Below the pieces are notes generated by a model. It saw nothing but the letters and a program-made list of their open reading frames with translations, ran no database searches and was not told where the DNA came from. Source: Desulfovibrionaceae bacterium (GTDB lineage Bacteria; Spirochaetota; Spirochaetia; Treponematales; Treponemataceae). From it: a DNA stretch of 64,000 nt. This document shows positions 29,294-38,438 of the stretch, in pieces. The stretch's first letter is position 1. Each line of letters begins with the position of its first letter. The stretch lies in contig CAVKBG010000001.1 in assembly GCA_963654755.1 (NCBI GenBank), forward strand, positions 8,426 through 72,425. The letters run 5' to 3'. The position numbers and the translations under genes were made by a program.

Positions 29294-29451
29294 TAAAAAC
29301 TCAAATCGCAGTTTTTATGCCGAATTTTTTTACAGGCTCAAGACGCTTTTCCAAGTCGCCACGCCACGGTTCAACAGAACAAAAATTTTTTCTATATTGA
29401 GCTGAATTCAAGCCTTCAAAAGTTCGAAGCCCCATCATTAAAAACTCAAAT
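29162..29451. repeat. 145-bp imperfect tandem duplication (29162-29306 / 29307-29451)
   Basis: Direct alignment of the two copies shows 5 substitutions. Confidence 0.95.
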
Positions 29452-30401
29452 TCACGCGTTTCAAGGTCAAATTCTTCTACGCTTCTTGGAATTTTTGCTT
29501 CAGAAGAAAACGGCTTGCTCCAGAAATTTTCGTATTCCAAAATATTTTCCGTGTTTGTCCAGCGAAAACTCTTGTTCCCGTAAAAAGTTCCGCAGGCAGA
29601 ACAGCCAATGCCAACATAATTTTTTTGCGCCCAGTAAGAGCTGTTGTGAACGCTTTTTTTCCCTTCACGGCAAAAATTCGAAACTTCATACTGAAAAAAT
29701 CCATTTTTCAAAAGCAAATCGCGCCCGGAAAGCCACTGGGAATCAGCTTCGTCAAAGTCAAAATTTAATTTTCCAGATGAAATATTTTTTGCAATCGGAG
29801 TTTTTTCTTCAACAGTAAGCGTATAAAGCGAAATATGCCCCGGATTGTATGAAATGATTTTTTCAAGCGACGAAAGAAATTCCTCTTCTGACTGGCAAGG
29901 AAGTCCCGCAATCGCATCAAGGCTAAGCTCGCCTTTCCAGCAGGATTTTACCATTTCCAAAGCCGCAACTGCTTTTTCCGCGCTGCAATGCCGCTCAACA
30001 GACTTCAACGCATTTTCATTTAAAGACTGAATGCCAAGCGAAAGACGCGTAATTCCGTTTTTCCAGGCGGAATCAAGTTTTTCTCTTGAAACTGACTCTG
30101 GATTCATTTCAATTGTAAATTCCAAAGGCGGAATATTTTTGCAAAGGCAGGAATTTTTTAAATAATTTGCAAGTTTTTCAATCTGACTGGCAGACAAAAG
30201 GCTTGGAGTGCCGCCTCCAATATAAATTGTGCGCCAAAAATCAATTTTATATTTTTTGGCATAAAAAGCGGCTTCATTTTTTAAACATTCAAGATACAAG
30301 TCTTCTATGCGCCCGGAATTTTCCAGGCTGAAAAAGTCGCAGTAGCTGCATTTTTTTAGGCAGAATGGAATGTGGACATATAAAGCCGCGCTGTTCATCA
30401 A
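29301..30401 (-). CDS. hemW: Radical SAM heme chaperone HemW (HemN-like), C-terminally truncated by a frameshift
   Basis: YVHIPFCLKKCSYCDF, TIYIGGGTPS, RLSLGIQS, YEVSNF, HNSSYW. Confidence 0.9.
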   Translation of the reverse strand: MMNSAALYVHIPFCLKKCSYCDFFSLENSGRIEDLYLECLKNEAAFYAKKYKIDFWRTIYIGGGTPSLLSASQIEKLANYLKNSCLCKNIPPLEFTIEMNPESVSREKLDSAWKNGITRLSLGIQSLNENALKSVERHCSAEKAVAALEMVKSCWKGELSLDAIAGLPCQSEEEFLSSLEKIISYNPGHISLYTLTVEEKTPIAKNISSGKLNFDFDEADSQWLSGRDLLLKNGFFQYEVSNFCREGKKSVHNSSYWAQKNYVGIGCSACGTFYGNKSFRWTNTENILEYENFWSKPFSSEAKIPRSVEEFDLETREFEFLMMGLRTFEGLNSAQYRKNFCSVEPWRGDLEKRLEPVKKFGIKTAI

Positions 30402-30404
30402 AAA

Positions 30405-31100
30405 TCAGTAGAGCCTCATTTTTCCAAGCGGAAAGCATTGCCAGATTACGCGGCCTTTTATCCTTGACGAAGGAATTTTTCCGTAGACGCGGGAATCCAA
30501 GCCTTCAATGCGGTTGTCTGCAAGCACAAAATACTCGTTTTTTCCCAAGGTTGCTTCTTCCATCTGACCTGAACAGCCCATTCCGTCCCATTCAACCGGA
30601 ACTGAATAAATGCTTATATTGTAAGGTTTTGAAGCAAGCTCAAATTCAGTAAGATAATGCGATTGACCAGCCGGCTTCACATAAAGCACAAAGTCTTTCA
30701 TGTAATAAGAATCTCCGGGGAGAGCCACAACGCGCCTTACAGTGTCTTTTCCAGTCATTCGCGAATTTCTTCCAAACGGAGAATATTTCTGCAATGTAAA
30801 AAATTTCACCGTAGCATTAAGAAACTTCTGGCCTGCCGAAAGCTTTTCACCGTCCATACGCGAAAGATACACAACCTGCCCGCGCGACGGACTCCGCAAA
30901 AACGGACACACAAAGACAATTCCGCCCTTGGACACATCAGTTTCCATTGACGATGAATTTATAAAAGTTGAAAATAAAATGCAGTTCAAAAAAACTGAAA
31001 TAAAAGCAAAAACTGAAACTACAAAGACAACAGCGTGCATGAACTTGACCTGCTGCTTTTTCTTATATTCAAATGAATAATCGCCGACATTCTGTTTCAT
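30405..31100 (-). CDS. lepB: Signal peptidase I family (S26) protein
   Basis: TM followed by SSSM, RRVVALPGD and YFVLADNR..LDSRVYG; likely start at 31100. Confidence 0.82.
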   Translation of the reverse strand: MKQNVGDYSFEYKKKQQVKFMHAVVFVVSVFAFISVFLNCILFSTFINSSSMETDVSKGGIVFVCPFLRSPSRGQVVYLSRMDGEKLSAGQKFLNATVKFFTLQKYSPFGRNSRMTGKDTVRRVVALPGDSYYMKDFVLYVKPAGQSHYLTEFELASKPYNISIYSVPVEWDGMGCSGQMEEATLGKNEYFVLADNRIEGLDSRVYGKIPSSRIKGRVIWQCFPLGKMRLY

Positions 31101-31221
31101 GCACAAACAATAGCAAAAAAGAACTTTATTATCAAGCAACATATTTTTTGCGGCATACTGAAATTTCAGCTTCAAAAACTCTTGTTGAAACTATTTGAAA
31201 AAAAATATACTATTTATAGAT

Positions 31222-31686
31222 ATGGAAGAAGCACGAAAAATTGTCGCACAAAACAGAAAGGCACATTTCAACTACATCGTAACTGACTCTATTGAATGCG
31301 GAATCGCGCTTGAAGGCTCGGAAGTAAAATCCATAAAAGCCGGAAACATTTCATTTGGCGACAGCTTTGCTTTTATAGAAAACGGAGAAGTCTGGCTTCA
31401 GAACTTCCATATTTCAGAATATTCGTTTTCTTCGGTGTTCAACCATGAGCCGGACAGAAAGAAAAAACTTCTTCTTCACAAAGACGAAATAAAAAGGCTT
31501 CAGAGAAAAACAGAGGAAAAAGGATTCACACTTGTTCCGCTTGAAGTTTATTTAAAGAAAGGGCTTGTAAAAATAAAACTCGGTCTTTGCAAAGGAAAGA
31601 AAGAATTCGACAAGCGGGCCGCAATAAAAGACAGAGATGTAAAGCGCGACATTGCAAGGGAATTCAGAAACAGACTGAACGGATAA
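31222..31686 (+). CDS. smpB: SsrA-binding protein
   Basis: NRKAHFNY, GIALEGSEVKS, RKKKLLLHK, KGKKEFDKR. Confidence 0.97.
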   Translation: MEEARKIVAQNRKAHFNYIVTDSIECGIALEGSEVKSIKAGNISFGDSFAFIENGEVWLQNFHISEYSFSSVFNHEPDRKKKLLLHKDEIKRLQRKTEEKGFTLVPLEVYLKKGLVKIKLGLCKGKKEFDKRAAIKDRDVKRDIAREFRNRLNG

Positions 31687-31698
31687 AGGGAGAAATAG

Positions 31699-32538
31699 TT
31701 GCAGAGCAAAAAAAATCCTGCATTAAAAATAATTTTCCTCTTTTTAGCGGCTTTTGCATTTTCTGCGGAAACCGTGGATTTTTTTGCAACCGTTTCGTCT
31801 TCAAAAGATTCCAACATGATAAAAATGACAACGGATCTTTTTTTTGCGCAGTTTCAGGCTGTGGACGGCTACACTGTAAACGACAGAAGAAACGAAAGCT
31901 ACGACTCAAGCGCAGAAACACGCAATATTTCATTTTTCGCGGAAATTCAAGAAGACACGGACGGCGGCTGGCTCTGCACATTGAACGCAATAAAAGCTGA
32001 CGGCAAGCAAAATGTAAGCTCTACAAAAAAATACGACACTTACTACAAAATTCTTCTTGACGCAAAACCTTCGCTGGAAAATCTCCTGCAGAATCTTTCG
32101 GGGAACATTCAGCTTCCTTCACAGCCGGAAACGCAAAATCAGGAAAGACAAGAACCGCAAACTTCTTCTGCAAACGAAAATTCAATAGAAGCAATCGCCG
32201 GAACTTGGACAGGAGAGCCGCTAATAGAAAAAATTTTGATTTTAAGGGGCGGACGCGGCTTTGTTATCTTTAAAAATGGTGCAAGCATGAATATTTCAAT
32301 AACAATTCAAGGAAATTCTATAAAAATAAAGCAAAACGGAAAGCCAAACGCTTCATTTTTCCCAGAAATTCCGCGGCAGGAAGCATTGAAAAACGCGGCA
32401 ACCGCAGCTCCTGTTGAATGGAACATGACACTTTCAGGCAACACGCTTTCTGGGAAAAAGACAACTCTTGTAGAAAACAAAAATTCTCCGGGAGGAATTT
32501 CGCAGGGAGAAATTGAAGTCAGCTGGACTAAACGATAA
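31699..32538 (+). CDS. Exported Treponema protein (TP0183-like by position after smpB)
   Basis: Signal peptide; GTWTGEPLIEKILILRGGRGFVIFKNGASM. Confidence 0.65.
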   Translation: MQSKKNPALKIIFLFLAAFAFSAETVDFFATVSSSKDSNMIKMTTDLFFAQFQAVDGYTVNDRRNESYDSSAETRNISFFAEIQEDTDGGWLCTLNAIKADGKQNVSSTKKYDTYYKILLDAKPSLENLLQNLSGNIQLPSQPETQNQERQEPQTSSANENSIEAIAGTWTGEPLIEKILILRGGRGFVIFKNGASMNISITIQGNSIKIKQNGKPNASFFPEIPRQEALKNAATAAPVEWNMTLSGNTLSGKKTTLVENKNSPGGISQGEIEVSWTKR

Positions 32539-33109
32539 CGCTTCCCTGCCTTAAAACTTTCCAGCCGCTACTTTCCAAAAGCACAATCGTTGAGGGCAAA
32601 GAGCCTTTTTTGTCGCCGTCGTCAATAATCAAGTCAACTTCATTTGCAAATTTTTTTTCAATTTCGCAGACTGAATCCAGCACAGGGCTTCCACTTCGGT
32701 TCACGCTTGTGCTGTAAATAGGAAATCCGCATTCGGCAATTACATTTCTAAGCCACAAGTCGCCCGGACATCGGAACGCAACAGTTGCATTTTTTTCAGA
32801 AAAAGGAAATTTCAGCGGAACTATAACTGTCAAAGCTCCGGGCCATTTTTGAGCAAGCGGTTCTGGAATTTTAAAGTCGGAATATTTTGATATTTCATCT
32901 GGAGAAGAAACAAGCTGAATAAAAGGCTTTTTTTCTTCCCTGCCCTTTATTTTTCTTATTTTTGCATCTGTGCCGAATTTTTCCTGCAATGAATTTTCAG
33001 CAATTCCGCTGAATCCATAGACTGTGTCTGTTGGAAGAACACAAATTTTTCCACGTTTCAAAAAATCCGCCGCAATATGCGCAGACTCTTCATTTTTATT
33101 GCATATCAT
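32528..33109 (-). CDS. tsaC: L-threonylcarbamoyladenylate synthase (Sua5/YrdC)
   Basis: PTDTVYG, KIKGR, WPGALT, STSVNRSG, PSTIV, LRQG. Confidence 0.93.
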   Translation of the reverse strand: MICNKNEESAHIAADFLKRGKICVLPTDTVYGFSGIAENSLQEKFGTDAKIRKIKGREEKKPFIQLVSSPDEISKYSDFKIPEPLAQKWPGALTVIVPLKFPFSEKNATVAFRCPGDLWLRNVIAECGFPIYSTSVNRSGSPVLDSVCEIEKKFANEVDLIIDDGDKKGSLPSTIVLLESSGWKVLRQGSVIV

Positions 33110-33587
33110 AAACTGCAATCCCGCCACTTGAGAATTTTTTTCTTGAAGGAAAGTGAATGCAGCCTTTCTGCAAGTCAGCTAAAAACAAAACAAAGTAAGC
33201 CAAAACCATTATAGTCAGCGCAGAAGATTTGCAAAGCCATTCCGGAATATATTTTACTTCATGGTGGCGGACTAAAGTTCCGGGATCAAATATATGAGTT
33301 TCCCGGGAAGCAAGCCCTGAAATTTTTACAAGTTTTTCACTTTCAGAGACATAGCCCAGTTTTTTTGCATAAGAGGCAATAACATCAAGGTCTTTTTGAA
33401 GCGCAATCTGCTCAAGCGAAAGCTCATCGTAAGTTTTTTCAATTGCAGCCGTATGCGCGCTCAAAAGTTGTTTCTGCTCCTGAAGCTGTTTCATAGCCCA
33501 AATTCCATCGCTTCCGCCTATAAAAGCCATGACGGTATAAAAAAAAGTGCCTATGAAAAATGCCGAAAGCAGTCTGAATCTTTCCAT
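33096..33587 (-). CDS. Septum formation initiator (FtsB/DivIC family)
   Basis: TM, GSDGI, coiled coil and IASYAKKLGYVSESE. Confidence 0.75.
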   Translation of the reverse strand: MERFRLLSAFFIGTFFYTVMAFIGGSDGIWAMKQLQEQKQLLSAHTAAIEKTYDELSLEQIALQKDLDVIASYAKKLGYVSESEKLVKISGLASRETHIFDPGTLVRHHEVKYIPEWLCKSSALTIMVLAYFVLFLADLQKGCIHFPSRKKFSSGGIAVYDMQ

Positions 33588-33756
33588 TATGAATTGAATT
33601 TCGGCAGTTTTAAGGCAAAACTGAACAGCGCATATAATTTTTTTCTGTGGAATTTTTTTTCAATATATAGTAAAATATCTGTGCTGATTTATAATAATAA
33701 AGCCGATAATTTAATAAGAATTTTTTTAAATGCAAATTTTTAAAAGGGGATTCTAC

Positions 33757-36700
33757 ATGAGCGAAACACCAGAAAACAAAAGCGAACTCGACGAATACGG
33801 TGTATGGATAAAAAGCCCTGCGCCAGCTGAAAAAAATGACGAAACACAAGCGCAGGAACCAGTAGAACTGCCAGATGATTTTTCACTAGACAACATAGAA
33901 ATTCCAGAAATTCCCCTTGAACAGAGCATCGGAGAAGACTTAGAAAAATCCGTGGACATAGAACCAGAAGAAATTCCGGCTGTGGAAGACATAGAACTTC
34001 CGAACAACGAAGAAGCCGCCATTGCAGATGAAATTTCCAAGCTAAACAGCTTTGATGATTTTGAAGCAGCACTTCCTGAAGAACCAAAGCCAGCTGAACC
34101 AGAAGAAGTTCCTGTCGCAGAAGAAATTCAAGCAGAGCCAAAAACAGAAGAAGCTGAAAAAGCTCCAGAGCCAGCCGCAGAAATTCCAGACGGCGAAATA
34201 GATTTAGATTCATTTTTGGACAGTAGTTCTGATTCTCCATCACAGGACGGTGAAATTGATTTAAGCGCATTTATGGGCGGAGATTCAGGAAGCTCACCAG
34301 ACTTTGGAGACGGCGACATCGACTTGGACGCTTTCATGGACGGAGCATCTTTTGAAGGCGAAAAAGAAGAACAGGCAGAAATTGAAGAAGCAGATCCGCT
34401 TGACATCGATTTGGATTTTGAAGAGCCAGTTCTTGAAGGAAGCGATGCAGAATCCAAAGAAAACGAAGCCGAAGACAACTCCGAAGACTTCGATTCACTT
34501 TTTGAAAATTTATCCGATGAAACTCCAGAATTGCCAGAGCTTCCAGAAATAGAACCAGAAACTTCCCCTTCCCCTGCGGCATCTTCAGCAACTGATTCAG
34601 AAGAAATTGACCTTTCGGACTTTGGATTTGAAGACAATTCTGAAAACTTGAATCCTGTTTTAGGCGATGAAAAAGAGAAAAAAGAGCCGGCAGGTCCTGT
34701 TGACTATGAAATGAACGTTGACATTGAAGACGACAATGAAACTCAGCCTGAAAAAACAGAAGCATCCGCTGCGGAATCTTCTGACGATGATGACATTCAG
34801 GTTGACATTTCGCAGGATTCAGAAAAAGCGGTTCAAAAAGAGCAGGAAACAGACCTTTCTTCGCCAGACGACAGTTTTGACATTGATTCTATTTTTAACA
34901 ATATTGAAGACGAAAACGGACAGACTGTAGATTTTTCAGCAAGCGAACCTCCTAAAGAAGAAGCAAAAGAGCCAGCTGAACCCGAGGAAATTCCAGCAGA
35001 ACCAATCGCAGATGATTTTCCAGCAGCAGAAACTTTTCAAGAGCCTGAACCAGAAATTTCGCAGCCAGAAGACGCTTTAGAAGAGCCGCAAGAAGAAAAC
35101 GTTTCCATAGAATCAGCTGACACAGAAATTTCTTTGGACGATTTTATGGGCGAAGAAGGCTTTACAGACGGAGGTCCGGGCGTTACAGGTCCTTACAATG
35201 AAGACGGAACTTTGATTCAGCGTGAAGAAAAAAAAGAGCCGGCCGCGAAAGAACCTGAAACTGTAGAAGAACCTGAAACTGTAGAAGAACCTGAAACTGT
35301 AGAAGAACCTGAAGTCGCAGAAGAGCCGGAGATTGCAGATGAAACTTCAGTTGAAGATTTTCCAGAGCCAGATATTTTTGAAGCTCCAGAAATTGCGGAT
35401 TCAGAAGAAGAAGTTCCGCAGCAGGAAGCCGAAAAAGACGATTTGGATGTAAGCTCTTACTTGGACGAAGCTCCGGACTATGACATGACAGGCGTAACTG
35501 TAACGCCAGAAGATTTGGAAAACATTTCTGAAGTTCCAGAAGAACCGGCAGTTCCTGATACGTTCGAGGAAGAAGCTGCTTCCCTTTCAGATGAAAATTC
35601 AATAGAAAATCCTGAAGACGAAGAGGAAAAACAGACATACAGCGTCTTTGCTTATAAAGACAATTCAAACACAGATATTATAGAAGAAACTGCTCAAGAA
35701 GTTCCAGAAATTCAACAAAATGAAAATGAGCAGCCACTGGAGGAAAATATGCAGACAGAAGATTTTCAGAATGAAGAAAAAATTGACAATTCTGCAATCT
35801 TAAATAAAATTGCAGAAGAGCTTGCTTCTTTAAAATCTGAAATAAATGGATTGAAAGACGAATTTGAAGAGCTCAAGAAAAATGGAGTTTCCTCTGAAAA
35901 ACAAGCTGAAATTCAGGATATAGAAGAAACAGAAATTCCAGTGAAAGAACAGCCTGCAGAAGAAATGCCGGAAGCAGAAGAGCCTGTCGCAGTTGAAGCT
36001 GAAAAAGAAGACACTGGTTTCTTCAATAATACAGATGAAGACGACACAATCGCATTGAGCGGCGACGAGCTTAGCAACATTCTTAATTCAGCAGAATTTA
36101 CTTCGCATGATGCAGAAGCAATCGACACTGCAACAGAAGAAGCAAATGAGCCAGCTGAAGAAATTGAAGAGCCTGTTGAAGCAGAAGAACCAAAGATTTC
36201 AGAATCAGAAGAACAGCAGGAAGAAGAAATTACAATTCCAGCCGCAACAGAAAATTTTGAAGAGCCTGAAATTTCAGAGCCAGAAGAAATCGCTGAGCCA
36301 GAGGTAGACACAGCATCAGAAGTTTCAGAACCAGAAATTGCAGAGCAGCCGGAAGAGCCAGTTCAGCAAGAAGACGAAAAAGCAATCATAACAGATGAAG
36401 ATATTCCTTCGCCAACTTTGGAATCGCTGAACATTCAGAATACAGAAATAAAAGACGAGCCGCTCACAGAAGACAACATTGAATATCTTACAAGCGAAGT
36501 GCCGGAAGAACTTCGTGAAGAAGAAAATGAAGCAGAAGATGAAAATCTTGAAACAGGAATCAGCGAGCATCCAGTAGAAAATGTGTTCACAAATTGGGAA
36601 GCCGCTCCAGAACCTGAAAATACAGAAATTCAGAATTCGGAAGAATCTTCATCTGAAGCTCCGGCGGAAATCAAAGACCGCTCAAATGAAATTCCAGCTG

Positions 36701-36843
36701 ATATGAAAGCAGAAATAAAATCTGTGCTTGCGTATATGGATCAGCTTTTGGAAAATCTTCCAGAAGACAAGATTGCAGAATTTGCGCAGTCAGAGCAATT
36801 TGAAACATATAAAAAGCTTTTTGCAGAACTTGGACTTTCATAA
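33757..36843 (+). CDS. Large, highly acidic, mostly disordered protein with short ordered islands
   Basis: About 1030 aa E/D/P-rich; N-terminal ELDEYGVWIK, central coiled coil and C-terminal helical domain EIKSVLAYMDQLLENLPEDKIAEFAQSEQF. Confidence 0.85.
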   Translation: MSETPENKSELDEYGVWIKSPAPAEKNDETQAQEPVELPDDFSLDNIEIPEIPLEQSIGEDLEKSVDIEPEEIPAVEDIELPNNEEAAIADEISKLNSFDDFEAALPEEPKPAEPEEVPVAEEIQAEPKTEEAEKAPEPAAEIPDGEIDLDSFLDSSSDSPSQDGEIDLSAFMGGDSGSSPDFGDGDIDLDAFMDGASFEGEKEEQAEIEEADPLDIDLDFEEPVLEGSDAESKENEAEDNSEDFDSLFENLSDETPELPELPEIEPETSPSPAASSATDSEEIDLSDFGFEDNSENLNPVLGDEKEKKEPAGPVDYEMNVDIEDDNETQPEKTEASAAESSDDDDIQVDISQDSEKAVQKEQETDLSSPDDSFDIDSIFNNIEDENGQTVDFSASEPPKEEAKEPAEPEEIPAEPIADDFPAAETFQEPEPEISQPEDALEEPQEENVSIESADTEISLDDFMGEEGFTDGGPGVTGPYNEDGTLIQREEKKEPAAKEPETVEEPETVEEPETVEEPEVAEEPEIADETSVEDFPEPDIFEAPEIADSEEEVPQQEAEKDDLDVSSYLDEAPDYDMTGVTVTPEDLENISEVPEEPAVPDTFEEEAASLSDENSIENPEDEEEKQTYSVFAYKDNSNTDIIEETAQEVPEIQQNENEQPLEENMQTEDFQNEEKIDNSAILNKIAEELASLKSEINGLKDEFEELKKNGVSSEKQAEIQDIEETEIPVKEQPAEEMPEAEEPVAVEAEKEDTGFFNNTDEDDTIALSGDELSNILNSAEFTSHDAEAIDTATEEANEPAEEIEEPVEAEEPKISESEEQQEEEITIPAATENFEEPEISEPEEIAEPEVDTASEVSEPEIAEQPEEPVQQEDEKAIITDEDIPSPTLESLNIQNTEIKDEPLTEDNIEYLTSEVPEELREEENEAEDENLETGISEHPVENVFTNWEAAPEPENTEIQNSEESSSEAPAEIKDRSNEIPADMKAEIKSVLAYMDQLLENLPEDKIAEFAQSEQFETYKKLFAELGLS
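35251..35340 (+). repeat. 18-bp in-frame tandem repeat (EPETVE x3 plus 2 degenerate copies)
   Basis: GAACCTGAAACTGTAGAA three times exactly, then two diverged units. Confidence 0.9.
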
Positions 36844-36871
36844 TAAAAAAGTTTTAAGAATGTAATTGAAA

Positions 36872-36909
36872 AGAGCCATATTTCCAGTTGGAAATGTGGC
36901 TCTGCTTTT
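36872..36909 (+). terminator. Hairpin / probable terminator
   Basis: AGAGCCATATTTCCA-GT-TGGAAATGTGGCTCT followed by GCTTTT. Confidence 0.65.
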
Positions 36910-36932
36910 ATAAAACACGGAGAAAAAGATTG

Positions 36933-38438
36933 ATGGAATTTTCAACAGCAACAAACGGCGAAACAACTTGCACTGAAAACGGATTCCGCCTGCACTCTTC
37001 CTACAATCCATCAAAAGAAGCTGAACGATTTTGCAACACCGCAGAATGTTCATTTTATCCGCGCTATGTGCTCGTAACAGAGCCTGCCCTTTCCTACTGC
37101 GTTCCATTTCTGAAAAAAAAATTCAGCAATGCAATCTTGTGCTGCATAAGATTTTCAAAAGAATTCGAAAGCACAAATTCAAGCTGGAATAAAATTTTTT
37201 ACGCTTATGGAAAATCACAAAAAACAAATCCGCTCCTTGAAGAAGAAATTTTCAACTTTATGGGAGACGAAGGAATTTCTGCGTGCCTTTTTCTTTCCTG
37301 GAAGCCAAGTGAAAATCCATTTAAAGAACTTTATGAATTTTCATGGGAAGCAATAAAAAAAGCTGTTTTAAAAAGCCGAAGCGTGCTTGCAACAAGAACA
37401 TTTTTCAGCAAAAGATGGACAAAGAACGCGCTTAGATTTTCAATGTTCAGCAAAAAAACTGTGCTCATAAAAAATGGAACATCCGACATTGTTGTGTGCG
37501 CAAGCGGGCCAAGCTTAAAATCAGATATTTCATTTTTAAAAAAATACCGTGAAAGATTTTTTTTAATTGCAGTTTCGTCGGCACTTTCTCCGCTGATTTA
37601 CAATGGAATTACGCCAGATTTGTGCATTTCAACTGACGGCGGATACTGGGCAAAACTTCATCTTGTTCCATTGTGCAATTCAAAAAAAATTCCGCTCGCA
37701 TTGCCAGGAGAAGCCTCGTGCTTTGCGTCAATATTAGAAAACACTGACATAATTCCGCTTTTTTATGGAGACGGATGCTCAGAAGAAATTTTAAAATCGT
37801 CAGGCTACAGCGGACATTCTGCATTTAGAAATGGCAGCGTAAGCGGAACTGCGGCTTATCTTGCACTTTCAATCACAAGCGGGAAAATTTTTTACTGCGG
37901 ACTCGACCTTTCATTTACAAAAGGATTTTCACACACACAGCCGAATGAACTTGAAAAACGAAATTCAGTTTTCGACAACAGAATAAGCACAAGCGAAACT
38001 CGAAACTTTTCTTCGGAAATAAACACAACTTCAATCAACATTTACAAAAACTGGTTTTCTTCAAATGATTTTTTCAGACGGATTTTCCGGCTAAGCGACA
38101 ATTTCAACTATGATTCAAAACTTGGAAAAATCCAAGATGTTGACTGGACTTTTTTTGAAAAGCAAACTTTTGATTTTAAGAACAAAACAAAGCCGCAAAT
38201 AATTGAAACGCAAAATAATTTCAACAAAGAACAGCGGATAAATTTTTTGCGCGACATTGTAATAAAAAACATTTCAAATCCGGAATGGATAAAAAATGCA
38301 CTGCCAGCCGAAGCCATATCCTTGGAAAGATGCAAAGACTTGTGTGAAAAAGAAAAAATTGAAAAAAGAATTCAAGAAGGAATGAAAATATTTTTTTGTG
38401 ATATAATGAAAGCATTAGGAAGAAATGTTGCAATATGA
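36933..38438 (+). CDS. Motility-associated factor (Maf/DUF115) glycosyltransferase-like protein
   Basis: LHSSYNPSKEAERF, VCASGPSL, PDLCISTDG, GSVSGTA, GLDLSF; likely start at 36933. Confidence 0.8.
   Translation: MEFSTATNGETTCTENGFRLHSSYNPSKEAERFCNTAECSFYPRYVLVTEPALSYCVPFLKKKFSNAILCCIRFSKEFESTNSSWNKIFYAYGKSQKTNPLLEEEIFNFMGDEGISACLFLSWKPSENPFKELYEFSWEAIKKAVLKSRSVLATRTFFSKRWTKNALRFSMFSKKTVLIKNGTSDIVVCASGPSLKSDISFLKKYRERFFLIAVSSALSPLIYNGITPDLCISTDGGYWAKLHLVPLCNSKKIPLALPGEASCFASILENTDIIPLFYGDGCSEEILKSSGYSGHSAFRNGSVSGTAAYLALSITSGKIFYCGLDLSFTKGFSHTQPNELEKRNSVFDNRISTSETRNFSSEINTTSINIYKNWFSSNDFFRRIFRLSDNFNYDSKLGKIQDVDWTFFEKQTFDFKNKTKPQIIETQNNFNKEQRINFLRDIVIKNISNPEWIKNALPAEAISLERCKDLCEKEKIEKRIQEGMKIFFCDIMKALGRNVAI

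Noticed and set aside
33702..33709. GCCGATAA sigma28 -10 box upstream of the acidic protein
   Set aside because: There is no TAAA -35 element at the canonical spacing, so the evidence is insufficient to call a promoter.
33740..36570. Several long antisense and alternate-frame ORFs over the acidic protein, and similar ones over ileS, dxs, rib and fli genes
   Set aside because: They are expected by-products of biased codon usage (GAA-rich sense gives Ser/Phe-rich antisense) and show no independent signals.
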